Assembly: GCA_951406725.2 (NCBI GenBank)
Contig: OX597814.1
Coordinates: 94,860,001-94,924,000 of the forward strand
DNA: 64,000 nucleotides
Source: Octopus vulgaris
Taxonomy: Eukaryota
Direction of reading: 5' to 3'
Shown here: positions 26,291-41,165 of the stretch, piece by piece
How the letters are laid out: each line of letters starts with the position of its first letter
How positions within the stretch are numbered: the stretch's first letter is position 1
Translations under genes and position numbers: made by a program
Notes under the pieces: generated by a model
What the model was told of the DNA's origin: nothing
The model's database searches: none
The model's input: the letters and a program-made list of their open reading frames with translations, nothing else

Positions 26291-29200
26291 AAAATCCACA
26301 CCTTTTAAGCTAAAATGAGATAAGAAAAATACTTGAAGAGGCCAGGGGTACGCGATAGTGTATGTATGGTAAAAGTCTGTAACCAGAAATGAAAGTATAT
26401 CCAAATGCTTCATTTGAATTCAATTTTCATTGTTGAAATCTATCTTTGCTCCTTAAAAGACATCCTTCCGTCATTTGTTAATTCTATGATAAGTTTCAGA
26501 AAAGCGACGTGTAAAGTAATAAAAAAGAGAAATAATTTTGTTTGTCTCGCTGAGTGAAATATAAATTGTATTTTATTGCGTGAATAATGAATAATTGATA
26601 ATCAAACTTTTGCGTGAATAATGAATAATTGATAATCAAACTAATTGGTTAATTTGATGATTCACTTGATGAGAAAATATTTTCTGGGTTAAGCTATGTT
26701 GTGGTGCAGTGATCAAATTAAGGTACTTTTTAACATAATCAGTGAGTAAAATTACTGTTCGTTTCTAGAGGGAAATCTTTCCAAATTGACCGCTAATGAA
26801 ATTTACTAATCTTTTTTCGGACCAACGAAAGAGCTTCTACTGAGTTCCACGATCAACTAGAAAGAAAAGCCTCTTTCTATATATATAAATTGATTAAATA
26901 GTGTTAGCTAACTCCTGAAAATGCAAAATTGTCACACCTGGCATATTTTTATAATGGGTCTGCTGAATACGGTTTGAACTTAACTAAGCAACAATGCCAA
27001 TTAATATTTTAAATTCTGAATTGGAATGTTCCTATAAGAAACTTACATGTTTCTACGACTCATTATATCAGCCTTAACATATTTCGAGGTTCAGTTATGT
27101 ATCTCATATCTTATGCGCTTCCTCGTGTACAATAACGATTTGCGTGTTATAACATTAAATTATACGTCCATGCAAAAAGTTTCATTCTTCACTGATTCTG
27201 ACTATTTAGCACGCAATATCATATACGCTCAAAACAGACACCTTTCCCCAAACATACATGACGTCTGTGCATAAAGCCCTAAAACATATCCAACAATTTT
27301 AACATGATCTCGTTCAACTGCACCAAGATGTCATCACCAAGTATCAAGAAATACACAATTATACACACTTCTTCATCATGAACAACACTGCTAAAATCGC
27401 CTTGTTCTTTACAAATATGAATTTCACTCTCTGGTTGCTTTCCATTGCAACCCCACCCATAATGTAAATTTACATTATAAAACACGGTTTTCATGTAAGA
27501 ACTAGAAAATAATTGATCACTGAACAGTTTCTAAAGCTTAATAACGTACAAGCTCACTCCCAGAATTTCTAGAAATATGCTTCAATTGTATACATAAGTA
27601 TTCGTGACTACAGCTAGAAACAGGTTGATAGACATTTCTTACAAAAATACACTGTAATTATTAATCAAACTATTCGCCGTGTGTTTCTTTAATTTCCGGT
27701 ATTGCACACTCGACAGCTCTTGCTCTTATGGACAAGCAAATATTTTCCAGTGTCTCTGCCAATTTTACTAGATGCAATTTCATTCAAGCATTTATTCTAG
27801 ATAATAATTTAATAATTTTCTTCACTCATTCTATAATAAGACTGTATCTCACTTGAAACCTTCTTCATCTATTTCTCGGTAAGAACAATCCCGTAGAAAT
27901 GCAGATTGAACACCAACCACATATCAGCCTCCAGTGTTTTCTTTTTACCCAAACCTGTGAGTATTTTGCCGTTACTTCAAACCGAGTGAAATACTGTAGT
28001 TAAATTTTAACCTGCGAATAAAATAATCGATTAGATATACAACCAGGTGGGTAGATTGGTTGGTTATAATGATATTCCGTGTTAACATGAAACTAAAAGC
28101 TTCTACAGGTGTTTTTGGCTATATAAAGTAGCTACAATATTTATAGTGAGCTAATGTATAGCCTGGAGATGATTCTTTATGTAAACGAAGATGCGTTTTG
28201 CGATGTTATTTATTCAGTGATGGTAATATAATAGTTATAAAAATCAATTGTGAAGGCTTCGAGATATAACATGATATTATTAATAGCAGTAGTTTCAAGT
28301 AAAGCATAATTCAGTATTGTATTTATCTTACACAAACTATTAATAAATAAAAACTATTTTGTTTTCATTTGTTATTCTTCACATTAATATTTTTCCGCAA
28401 TTTTATTCTTATATTTTGCTTTTTATTTAAATATTCGAGAAACACATCTTATGCGTTAATAAGATTAAATTTATACATAATATATTTCAGTTTTCACTCC
28501 ATTTCAGTTTTCATTCCATTTTTTTTTATTTTGTTTGTTTGTTTTTTTTGTTTTTTTTTTGTTTTTTTGCTTGCATTAACCAGCTCTAACGTAGGTTTGT
28601 GTCTTCGCAGATGAAGGCTTCATTGAGAAGATGAAAGTGAGAATGAACAAGAGCACTAACATTCTGAAAATAAAACCAAAATGTAATTAGCCTAGTTTTG
28701 AATTTATCTAAAGCAAATACATAAATCAAAAATGCATTTACATTCGACATTATACATGATTTGGGGTGGAGAGGACTACTTTTTAAACTCTTTAATTGAA
28801 TAGTCCAAATTATATATTTTCAATTTATCTCACATCAATTTATCTTGTAACTGCCAAAATCCGTTTGTTTCCCATTATATGTAATCAAACTTCAGGAGTC
28901 GCCTGAAAGATTGCAGGGGGTGGAATTTGAGTGGCAACTAAATACTCGATTTAAATGTATGTCTGTCTGTGCCTGTGTCTGTATTTCTGTGTGTATGTAC
29001 GTATATATGCATAAAATTATATTTTATACTGTATATTATATGCACACACATATCTATGCATATGTCTATAATACGCACACAAACATACATACATACATAC
29101 ATACATATATACATACATATATATGTAAATACAAATATATATATATATATAATGATGATTACTACGAACGTTTGAAAGCGTTAATTCAACTTCAGGAACA

Positions 29201-29303
29201 TTACGAAATATTTTTTAATGTTTAACACATTTCAACATTGTAAAAGAGTTTCTATCTTTTTTAAATACCATTATAAAAAACGTGAAAACCAGACAATGTT
29301 TTA

Positions 29304-29456
<153 letters not shown>

Positions 29457-30227
29457 GCAGCTTGCAATGCAAAACACTTCATTTACGATACATAAACTAG
29501 AGGCGTAGTTATTTCAGTACCTTCCGGCAATATTGCTCCCTCTTCGAAAGTGGAAATGATTGGGTTATTTTGGCCAACAGTATAGCACGTTCATCCCTCT
29601 TCGTTATCCAGAGGACTACCAAACTATACCGCTCAGTATTTTTGTTCATTGTTTTTATTTTTGTTTTGTTTCTTAACAGAGTTTTGGTTCCTCTTTCACA
29701 TTCCTGTGTCATACTCATGAGAAGATATACTCTCCTTCCTTCTCCAGTTGATAAATAACTGATCTGTTAGTCTTTCTAAATTTATTGTCAACCGAACCCG
29801 CCAGGACTAAGCAACAATATCTTGATTATCGAGCCAATGAGGAAGACTCTTACGATGTCGTATGACATGCTAGAAATTGCAGCCAAATTTCACTTGAACC
29901 AAAATCCTACTTTCTTTACGAAAATATTTTCTCGTTCCTGCTCCAGTTGATAATTCTCTGCTCTTTAAGTCTTCCTAAGTTTAATGTCAGCTAGGCTGGC
30001 CAGGATAAATAACAACAACGCTTTGGTTATCGAGCCAAAGAGAGACTCATACGATATCGTATGATATGATGAAAATAACAGCCAAGTCGCACTCAAATCA
30101 AAATATTACCCGCTTTATAAAGAAAGGACACATTGGATAATGTAAATGTAGAGACACTGTCTAGAACAAAAGACCGGGCTGTTCATGGTTGCAATCCGGT
30201 AACTAAAAACGATAAAGGAATAATAGA

Positions 30228-31804
30228 TACAGGAGTAGTTGTGTGGTAAGAAAATTGCTTCCCAACCACATAATCCTGGGTACAGTTCCACCACGTGCTA
30301 CTTCGGGCTAATATCTTCTATTATAACCCCGGGCGGACCAAAGCCCTATGAGTGGATGTGGTGGACGGAAACTGAAAGACGACCATCGGATGTCTGTGAG
30401 TGCCTGTTTTTGCGTTTGTCCGCTACCACTGTGTGACAACCGTTGTTAGTTTTACCTCCCCGTAACTTAGCGGTTCAGCAAAAGTAATCGATAGTATCAG
30501 GTTGTAACGAAAGTTCTGTCCGTTTTTTTAAGGATAATTATAAAGCAGGATTACACCAATCTAGCTTCTAAATGATATTAGTGGCTATCTTAATCACTAA
30601 AATATTTCTTCTTTCAGTTGACCCTAATGTACACACCAAGTAAAGAGCACACACTGCATGTGTTATCGTTTGAATTCCAGAAGCAGAATACAGCAAGTTC
30701 AGCAGTAAAATCATTCAAAAACACTTATAGAAATGATGTGGTGAATAAAAGTACATGCAGAAGATGGTTTTCACATTTTAAAAGAGGGGACTTCAATTTA
30801 AGAGATAAAGCAAGAGAAGGACGCCCCAAAGGACTCAATTCTGTCGAATTACACGCTACTGTTGATGAAATGAGCAAGGGGTTTAATGTGAGCCATATGA
30901 CCATCCATCATAAAGAATAAGATTTGATAAAGTCTCCAAGGCTGGAAGATGGGTTCCACATGATCTGTCAGAAAACAATCGCAAACACCGTGTGGACTAC
31001 TGTGTCTCATTGCATTCTCGTGAACTTCAAATATCTTTTTTAGACAGAATCATTACTGGAGATGAGAAGTGGATTCGCTACAATAATGTTAAGCGGAAAA
31101 GAGAGTGGCTCAGCTGTAATTCAAGACCTATCGAACAGCTTCGAAGAGGTCTGCATCCAAAGAAGATTCTTTTGAGTGTATGGTAGGACATGGGGGGAAT
31201 TGTTAATTATAAGCTGTTAGGTGACAATCAAGCAATACAGCTGAAGTTCACTGCCAGCAGCTAAGACGTTTGAAAACAGTCCTACAGGAAAAACGGCCTT
31301 CGTAGGTAAACAGAAAAGGAGTGATCTTACAGCATGATAATGCCAGACCTCTCACTGGTAGAGTGACTAAGAATCTTATACAAGAATTTGGCTTGGAAAT
31401 TATTCTTCACCTACCATATTCTCCTGAACTTACTCCAACAGATTATCATTTTTTTAAGAATTTTAGAGAATCCTTTTGCGGGACTTCGGTTTACGTCATA
31501 AGAAGAGGTTGAAATGAAGCTAGTTTCTTTTTCCTAGTCAAAACCAGATGAGTTTTATGAAAAGGGTATCAAGAAACTTAGGGAATGATGGAAAGATGTC
31601 ATTGAAAAGAATGAGGACTATGTTGATGATTAAATAAATCTATTTTAGGCTGCATTTCCATTTTTATTTCAATTAGAAAAACGGACAGAACTTTCGTTAC
31701 AACCTGATGTAAATACAAGGCCTTAAAAAGTAAGTAGTAGGGTCGATAGTTTCAACTAAACACTTCAAGGTCGCAGTCCAGTGACTGAAACAAGTAAAAG
31801 ATAA
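30228..31804 (+). mobile_element. SINE family A split by a mariner insertion (30228-30496 and 31708-31804)
   Basis: Head and body before the mariner; GGGTCGAT...GACTGAAACAAGTAAAAG resumes after it. Confidence 0.85.
30497..31707 (+). mobile_element. full-length mariner transposon (1211 bp) with pseudogenised transposase
   Basis: Perfect 31-bp TIRs TCAGGTTGTAACGAAAGTTCTGTCCGTTTTT; TA left, TG right; motifs WVPHDL, IITGDEKW, LHPKKILLSVW, LQHDNARP, YSPELTPTDY, interrupted by stops and frameshifts. Confidence 0.96.
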
Positions 31805-32356
31805 ATCAGTCTTTCGCTACCTTTCCTCTTTAGCTTGGAATGAAAAAACTGTAAACAGATCCTGGGCAATTTCTAAATAACAATGAAATCGGTTCGATTG
31901 TTCCCCATTCCAAACTACCAACAAATATTATCAAGAATAATAATTTCAGAACGAGGCTATATTACAATATAAGATACATACATACGTACATACAGTTATG
32001 ACAATGTATAGTTATTTATTCGCAAACCTCGCTGTATCTGTACTCTAGAAATTATTATAAAGCTTGCATATTATGAAATATTGCTTTTGAAATGTACACA
32101 TACAGTTTTATATCGAAACATTTGTAGAGTTAAAATGAAAAGTAGTAGCTATATAAAATATATAATTTCTGTGGAAATAGATATAAGTGAAGAGTGAAGA
32201 AAAAAATGTAAGTTACTGTAAAATATATTTCAGCATCGAAAACAAGGCAGATAAACTCATACACGCGATGCTGAATTGTTAATGATTCTACAGTGTCATG
32301 AAACAATTTTTCATTTGAGAGTATTCACACATATAAGAAAGGAAAAAAAAAAATTT

Positions 32357-32648
<292 letters not shown>

Positions 32649-33383
32649 TTTCTCTCTCTTAAACTATACAGTAGCATCAGTTTTCGAAATAATTCAGACT
32701 ATCAATAAAAATAGTTGATACCATTGTCACGGGTTGGATATAATATATGCATATATATCTGCATGTATGTGTCGTGCATCTGCGTGTATGTATTTATACA
32801 CACACACACACATGTAAATATACATGCACATGCACACACACGTGTGTGTATATACATACATACACATATGTGTGTGTATACATATACAGGTCGTCATCGA
32901 CTTACGACCGATGGACTTTACGTCAGCAATGATAAATAGCCCAGCTGAAATCTAATGGGTTTAATTTCTTAGAAATTGAACCGTCTACAGATGACGTCAG
33001 CTAACAAACGCTTACTAGGTTTGGTTATGGATCGCCATTGTTGTTATTCCAAGCGTTGGATGAATATCCGGTCGCGGAGATGTCGAGGCAACCTCGTAGT
33101 TGTTTATAAGACAACTGCTTGAGACTCTCGAAATTTTTAACGAACACCAGGCTCTATAGAGCACGACTCTTCCGGTGATTCTGTGTGTCTTGTCAATTTA
33201 TTTTGGTAGTTTTGACTTTAAGAGTCCCTCCTAGTGTGTGGCATTTATGTATAGTAATGCCCTCTATATGGGGCCGTAATGGTGATGGATGGAAATGCAA
33301 CACAACGATGGGTTAATTAGGTTAAGCTTTACTTGTGAAATACAATTCTTTGCAATTTGCTGCAGAAAGTGTTCTATGTTTAT

Positions 33384-33616
33384 TATTTCTTTATTGCCCA
33401 CAAGGGGTTAAACATAGAGGGGACAAACAAGGACAGACAAACGGATTAAGTCGATTATATCGACCCCAGTGCGTAACTGATACTTATTTAATCGACCCCG
33501 AAAGGATGAAAGGCAAAGTCGACCTTGGCGGAATTTGAACTCAGAACATAGCGACAGATGAAATACCGCTAAGCATTTCGCCCGGCATGCTAACGATTCT
33601 GCCAGCTCGCCGCCTT
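33384..33616 (-). mobile_element. SINE family B, full length with TSD
   Basis: TSD AAAGTG(T/G)TCTATGTTTAT at 33366-33383 and 33618-33635 (17/18). Confidence 0.93.
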
Positions 33617-34024
33617 AAAAGTGGTCTATGTTTATGGTGGTAAGGAAGGGGGCGCTAGAAACGTGGTCTGAGTGCCAAAGTGGGGGATACAGCAAAATAC
33701 TGTTTGGGAACCACTGGTATAGACTACAAGAGGAAGTATAAAATACTACATTGTACCAGTTATAGAAATACTTGCAATTCAATGTACCCCAAAATTGTCA
33801 ATTGAAAGGCAATTGTTTCTGCTATAGTGTTGTGTATAACCGTACAATAGCAACCCCCTGGGGCTCACCAGGACAGTATCTACTATGGAGGTAAGATTGA
33901 CTTTCATCGACGCTACTCTGCAACCTGAGCTCCTTCTAAAAGAGGGTCACGAAACAATATACCTTCCTTAACATCATAATACACCTCGTCAAGTCTGAGA
34001 GCATATCCTGCACATGGTCCTGGT

Positions 34025-34078
<54 letters not shown>

Positions 34079-34080
<2 letters not shown>

Positions 34081-34445
34081 TAGCAGTATCGTAGAATTGG
34101 AATTTTTGAAAACTAAAACTTTTGCATTATGTAGCTTGTTATTCTCTTTAAGTGCACATTTTTCTGGTTGAAATACACCGAAAAATGGTGACACAGTGAC
34201 ACAGCAGTCAAAATATCGTAAAAAATAGAGATTTTCAGAGAAAAAAAAGCACCTTTTTGATGTAAATAATTGTTGGTGTTAACATGGTCCGATTTGAATA
34301 TTTTTTTCTACAGAAGGAAGAGCAAGCCTTCTTCTATCATACTCTCAACTTTGGTCAACTTGCGCCGCAGGGTCTCGGAGGAGATAGTGATAGTTGAAGG
34401 CTACCAAATCTGCCATACACAGACAACTTCAGCTTTATATACATA
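34079..34445 (-). mobile_element. non-autonomous Helitron-like element
   Basis: Minus-strand 3' end CTAG next to (TA)n; 5' end TATATAAAGCTGAAGTTGTCTGTGT; no TIR or TSD; the subterminal hairpin is missing. Confidence 0.55.
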
Positions 34446-34503
34446 TATATATATATGGCATATATATATGTGTGTGTGCATGTGTGTGTGTATAGTGATA
34501 GAC

Positions 34504-34594
<91 letters not shown>

Positions 34595-35494
34595 CCACTA
34601 CAAATATATATTGTATATCTGTACAAATACACGTGTCTGCTTGTGTGTGTGTGTCAATGTGTCTATGTGTAACTCTCGCTCTTGAGGGTATCGAGGCTGT
34701 GCCCAATGATCTGTCCAGAAACACGGCTATTTGCCATATATGTACACACTATATGTACATACACACACACACACACATACAACGAGAGAGAAAGAGAAAG
34801 AGAGAGAAGTCACTATTATAAAATATAATAATCGTACTACCTTTTATTTTTGAAGACATGTGGCCGCATCCCTGACGGTGTCGATGCATAATTTTTACAA
34901 ATTTTCTAAACGTGTGTTACTTATGTTAGTCATGTATTTCATCTAGTGAATATTGCATGTGTGTGCATATATGTACATACACACACACACACACACATAC
35001 TGTTATATTTATATACATTTGTGTATGTGCCTATGTGTGCGTGTATGTTGTGTATGTGTGTGTGTAATAATGTATTTATATTAACATTTATATAAATTTA
35101 TACAAACACACAATCATATTCACATAAATACAAAAATGATCGAAAATATCTGAGTTTGTTGCATTCAAATTACTAGGGACGTGCCTCTTCGCCAATTCAC
35201 TAAATTTTTCAGGCAAATCTAATTATTTTTCAGATAAACTCAAAACATTCGTAATTTCTATGATTACGTAAATTCTGGGTTCACATGCCATATACAAAGA
35301 TATTCAAAATCAACCAGAAAAAACTTTGCGCGACACTAAGTATATAAATACGCCATGGCAGCTATATCGTCCACAAGGACATTAACATGTATAAATAAAC
35401 ACTCTACTATACACATTAAATACTTTTTTTCTCATAAAATTGACACATTCGATGATATACAGAGTTGCTTGTGCGTATGCGCCGGCTCACTGCT

Positions 35495-35525
<31 letters not shown>

Positions 35526-35571
35526 CTCTCTCACTCACACACGCGCCCGCCCGCTTATGTATGTATATATA

Positions 35572-36185
<614 letters not shown>

Positions 36186-36659
36186 TGTGTGTGTGTATGT
36201 GTCTATGTAATAAGTTCTAGGACAAGAACAAGCATTGAGATGCTTGCACATGAGGAAGTACACATTTGCCAAGATTAAATGAATAATTATCCTTTAAACT
36301 ATAGGTTTTGAATTAATGAACTAAAAATGATTATCCAATAAGAACTTGAAGCGAAGATTGTTCGCTCTAACTTAACGGACAACTCTATACATTACAACGA
36401 AGAGTAGATAAAAGAAAATATTTTAAACTGCCAAATCGAAGGATATCAAGTGAACACCCTGAAGAAACGGTACCGGTTTTACAATTGGGTTGCAATTGCA
36501 ACGGCTACTAATCGGTGCAATTGAAATATGTTTTGGTCTATGTAAGGCGGTATATAAATTAAAGAATTAAAGGCGTTGCTATATTACTATGCAGCTTCGT
36601 AGTGATCCTAATTATTAATATTGTCAATATGTATATTTAAGGAAAAAGATATAGATATA

Positions 36660-36707
36660 GTCTTACAGCTGTTTCTGGGATATTATGGATGTCCCTTCAT
36701 CAGAGAC
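36660..36707 (-). ncRNA. minimal type-I hammerhead ribozyme with canonical core (family 2)
   Basis: Minus strand: gtct-CTGATGA-a-ggga..tccc-a-GAAA-cagctg-TA-agac; palindromic stem III ACAGCTGT; GUA cleavage triplet. Confidence 0.72.
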
Positions 36708-39356
36708 GATGTGAGATGGTTAAATAGAGGTAAATATTTAAGTTAGAAATGAGGAATTATTATGAAAAAGGAGGAGATAGGAAATATAGAAGGAAATAAG
36801 AAAATGAAAGTAGAAATAAAATATAAAATATTTTAGTTACAGCTCCATTATTCGAGTAAAGTGGTGTATAGAAGTGGTAAAAAAAGTTTCCTGTACATGC
36901 TATTTAAGTTCCAATAGTAGCCATTTCAAAGTATACAGCCGTAGTAGCTCTATACTTTGTGAGTAGATTTGGTAGACGGAAACTGAAAGAAACCTGTCGT
37001 GTCTGTGTCTACATATATATGTGTGACTACATATGCAACTGTGTGTGTATGTATTTATCTAAGTGTGAGTTTGTGTGCGTGTGTTTGTGTTTGTGTACTT
37101 TCTCCACCACCGTAGATATATATATATACATGTGCGTACTTGTATAAACAGATTTATTTCTATTGATATTTGTGTGTAGGTTCTAAAAATATTGTGTGTG
37201 TGTGTGTATGTATGTGTGTGTTGATGTATATATATTACTATGAATAAGAATGAATCATGTTTAAATGAGGTTTTCTTGTGATCCCCTTTGTAAATATTCT
37301 CATATCTATCTATTTCAATATATATCTCCCTAACACACATACAAAAATTGTATGTGGGGGTGTGCGTATTCACATGGACATATATATATGCATATATTTA
37401 TGTGTGTAAGAAAGCGAGAGGAGGGAGAGAAAAAGAAAGGTGTGGAGAGAGAGAGGGAGAAAGTGTTGGTATGTTCAGTCGATATTGCCATTCATACAGA
37501 ATTGAATTGTAAAAAAAATCATACGTGTCAGATCCTGACATATTTTTTGAAAAGTTAATATGATTTTCTTTACACCTACGAAATTATATTTGCATTTATA
37601 TAGCTGCCTACCTCATTTCAGACATGTATAATCTACACGCATGCTTCCACATTAGTTTGCAAATGTATTATCTGCACAAAGACATCCATATTAGACTGTT
37701 CAAACGCATAACAGGTATGCTTATTATAGGAATCTATATTTCAATGCAAATACACCACCTATTCATATATATATATATATGTATATAATTATGTATATTA
37801 GCATGTGAATAACATGAATGTACTTTGAGCAGTTCTATTGTATACAAAATAAATATCATAACTTATACGCTAACGCTTCCGGTGTGGAGGATATGTTATA
37901 ATATTCATTTATAAATATCCATAATACTGAATAAACCACATTCGGCGTATTATTCATCAAATTATTGATTATTTCTGTGTAAAATTATTGGACATTATAC
38001 TGCGAAATATATTCTTAACTTCAAAATGTCACAATCGGGTTTTATGCCGTTGCTGAGGGCAGATTTAATGTCAGAAAGCCAAGATAGTCGAAAGTAGAAC
38101 TGAACAACTTCATTAACACTGGCTTGTATCCTTTATTCATCTGTGAGTGTTATGTTGTATACCAGTAATTTATACGGGCTGACAAAATAAGTACCAGCAG
38201 TGCACTGAATTGATTGTCTTTATAACGGTATACAGGGATAGAATAAGGTCAAATCATGTCCTAAGCTTAGTCCTACTCAATACTTTCGCCCACTCGATCC
38301 TTCCGTTATAAAACTGACAAGATATTAAAGACGTAGTATGTGCTGAATGAAAAATAAGAGATTAAGAATTAAATTTTCTTCTAGGCTTTCTCTTCGACTT
38401 GACCCCACAACTATATTAAATATATAACTGTGTTTTGTTTTGGGGGTTTTTTTGTAACACTAAATTAAAGATATAATATAAGCAATTTATTTACTTATAA
38501 CTCAGCCAACCATAGAAAAAAAGCAAAATTTCAGCATTTTTTAGCGGGATTGGTTCAACTGCACTATCACCGGTAAAACTGGAACTTGAATAAATATGTT
38601 TGTTGTACTCTCACATGGCTATTTTGCTTAATGCTTAATCTGGGTCCGACTATAGCATTGTTTATAAAATTTATATTTACTCATAGTCAAAGTAAATCAA
38701 TAATATAACCGTATATACTGTATAATCCAGTTCCCTTCCTTCAAGACGGTATTCAACTTAAATTGTTTAGTAAATAAAGTTGAAAAAATCGAATAAATTA
38801 CTTTTACGTGAGAAAAACTTCTCTATCCACACAGAAATTTTATTTCATTATATGAATAGTTTGTATTCACTGTTTGTCTAAACAGATCAACAGTCGTTTC
38901 CTTAGGTTCCATTGTTTCACTATGTAAGACACAGATCGGATTTAGTGTATCGCTATTCATTTGTACGCTCATTCACACGCTCGCTGGTACATTTACGCGT
39001 ATCTACGTTAATACCAAATCTCTAATAATTACTACAGAAATGTCAGAAGAAATTCAGCTCACGTTTCCTTTCCTCTTAACATAGATGATATAATAAACTT
39101 AGCCAGACGCCAGTGGAATACGAATGATTCCGCATTTAATTGGCAAACAGACTTTTCATGCATTTGTACAACGAAACGAACAATTATATAAAGTTCCGCC
39201 CTATTTACAAACAAGAGTACGCAGGAATACACGCCACAGAATCTTGTATATGTACAGAAATAAACTTGATCACACCCATATGCACACAGATACACACACA
39301 TACATCTATGTGTGTATGCCTATATATATATATGTATTTTATGTATATAAACATAC

Positions 39357-39389
<33 letters not shown>

Positions 39390-40692
39390 AGCACATACAA
39401 ATGTGCAAAAATACATATCTCATAATATAAGTGTTGTAAAATATAAAGTAATATATTTAAACTTGGCGCAAGCATTATCGAATATAGAACTCAATACGAT
39501 AAGCCTGTAAAATGTACAGTGCTGCGCATGATGTATTTTTTATTCGTATATATTTGCGTTATTGTTTCGGAGAAAAAGTGTATACATCTCTGAAGAACGA
39601 TCAACGTGCCGTAAAGCGGTCAGTCAAGAGACTCTCTTCATTTTCTTGCATGTGCCAATAAGATAAAATGTATATAGATTCTTATTTAGCTTACAGTTAT
39701 GTTTTAGAATTATGTTATCTTTCCCTTGTTTCAGTCATTGAACTTCACCCAACTGGGGATTCGCCTTGAAGGGGTTTAGTGAAATGAATAGATACCCGTA
39801 CTTATTTTCATAAACCCGATGTTATTTTATCGGCCACTTCTCTCTAATTGCAGTAGGACTGAATCCGAAACCACATAATTGCAGTAGGACTGAATCCGGA
39901 ACTACATAGAAGCGAAGCAACCATCTAATCACACAGCCACTTCATATGTGTGTGTACGTGTGCTCGTGCGTACGTGCATGCGTGCGTGTATGCGTATCTG
40001 TATGTTCGATTATGTGTACGAGGTACGTGATTAAATCACAAAGATTCTCGGTGCTGCCAAGAAATTTTAGATTAAATAGAAAAAACAAAAGAAAGGACAC
40101 CAAAATCAAAGCAAAACAAATCTTCTACATTTTATGTCACTTTTACAGTTGTCTTCGAGAGAATTAATAAATAATATTTATACACCTAAAAAAGAATTAA
40201 ACATCGCAAATAAATTGGCAACTTTTAATATTTTTCTACTCTAAATATTTCTTTCAACATTTTTATTTTAAATATTGATATTTTATAAATCATTTTTTTA
40301 ATATAAATTTTGTTTTTTCGACAGTATTACTATAATCATACTTGGGGATAATACAGTGTCTGACACTTTCATCATTTTATATATATGTATTTTTAATACT
40401 GGGAATAATTTGTGTCTGGTACTTCAGACTAATTTGCCATTTAATTCATCAAAGACTTTGACTTGTTATGATAGATCAAAACATACCACAAACAAATATG
40501 GCACTACGGTGAGGATGAACGTTTCGGTTTCACTCTCACTTCCCAGCACCTTGGGCTAGTGTGTTCTACTATAGCCACAGGCCGACTAAAGCCGTGTGTG
40601 TGATTTTGGAAGACGGAAACTATGCGGAAACCTGTCGTGTATATGTAATAAAATTGTCGGCAATTTTACAAGGGTATACTAGTGTGTGAGTG

Positions 40693-40739
<47 letters not shown>

Positions 40740-41036
40740 TTGTGTGTGTGTCTGTTTGTGTGTGTGTGTATGAATTTCAACTTCAACGTTTTCAGCTCCA
40801 GGTTAGCCTTCCTCACTGATTAAAAGGATTCCTCCTAAGACCATCCCATCAATAATTTCGACATTTCGCATGGAATGTATTTCTTGCTATTCAAGAAAAT
40901 AGCATAAAATTTGAGGGGGATTTGGCTACTGTATCTATCAAACCAAGCGACCAGATACACACTCTGTCGTAGGGTGATGTATTTAATGCATACATACTCA
41001 CAAACACGTACACGTACATATTTTATATATACTGTA

Positions 41037-41037
41037 A

Positions 41038-41095
<58 letters not shown>

Positions 41096-41099
41096 GGTG

Positions 41100-41165
<66 letters not shown>
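41037..41165. repeat. (TAG)n/(TGG)n microsatellite
   Basis: direct reading. Confidence 0.97.

Noticed and set aside
26576-26642. 33-bp direct duplication
   Set aside because: Ordinary local tandem duplication
27047-27494. Short ORFs on both strands, one with a hydrophobic N-terminus
   Set aside because: Interrupted by stops, no recognisable family and no consistent splice sites
32885-33716. Tigger-like end at 32885 and hAT-like end at about 33703-33716
   Set aside because: Only single ends are visible; no partner TIR or TSD found
36455-36540. CTGAAGA...GAAA hammerhead candidate
   Set aside because: Stem II does not adjoin the core and stem I does not pair
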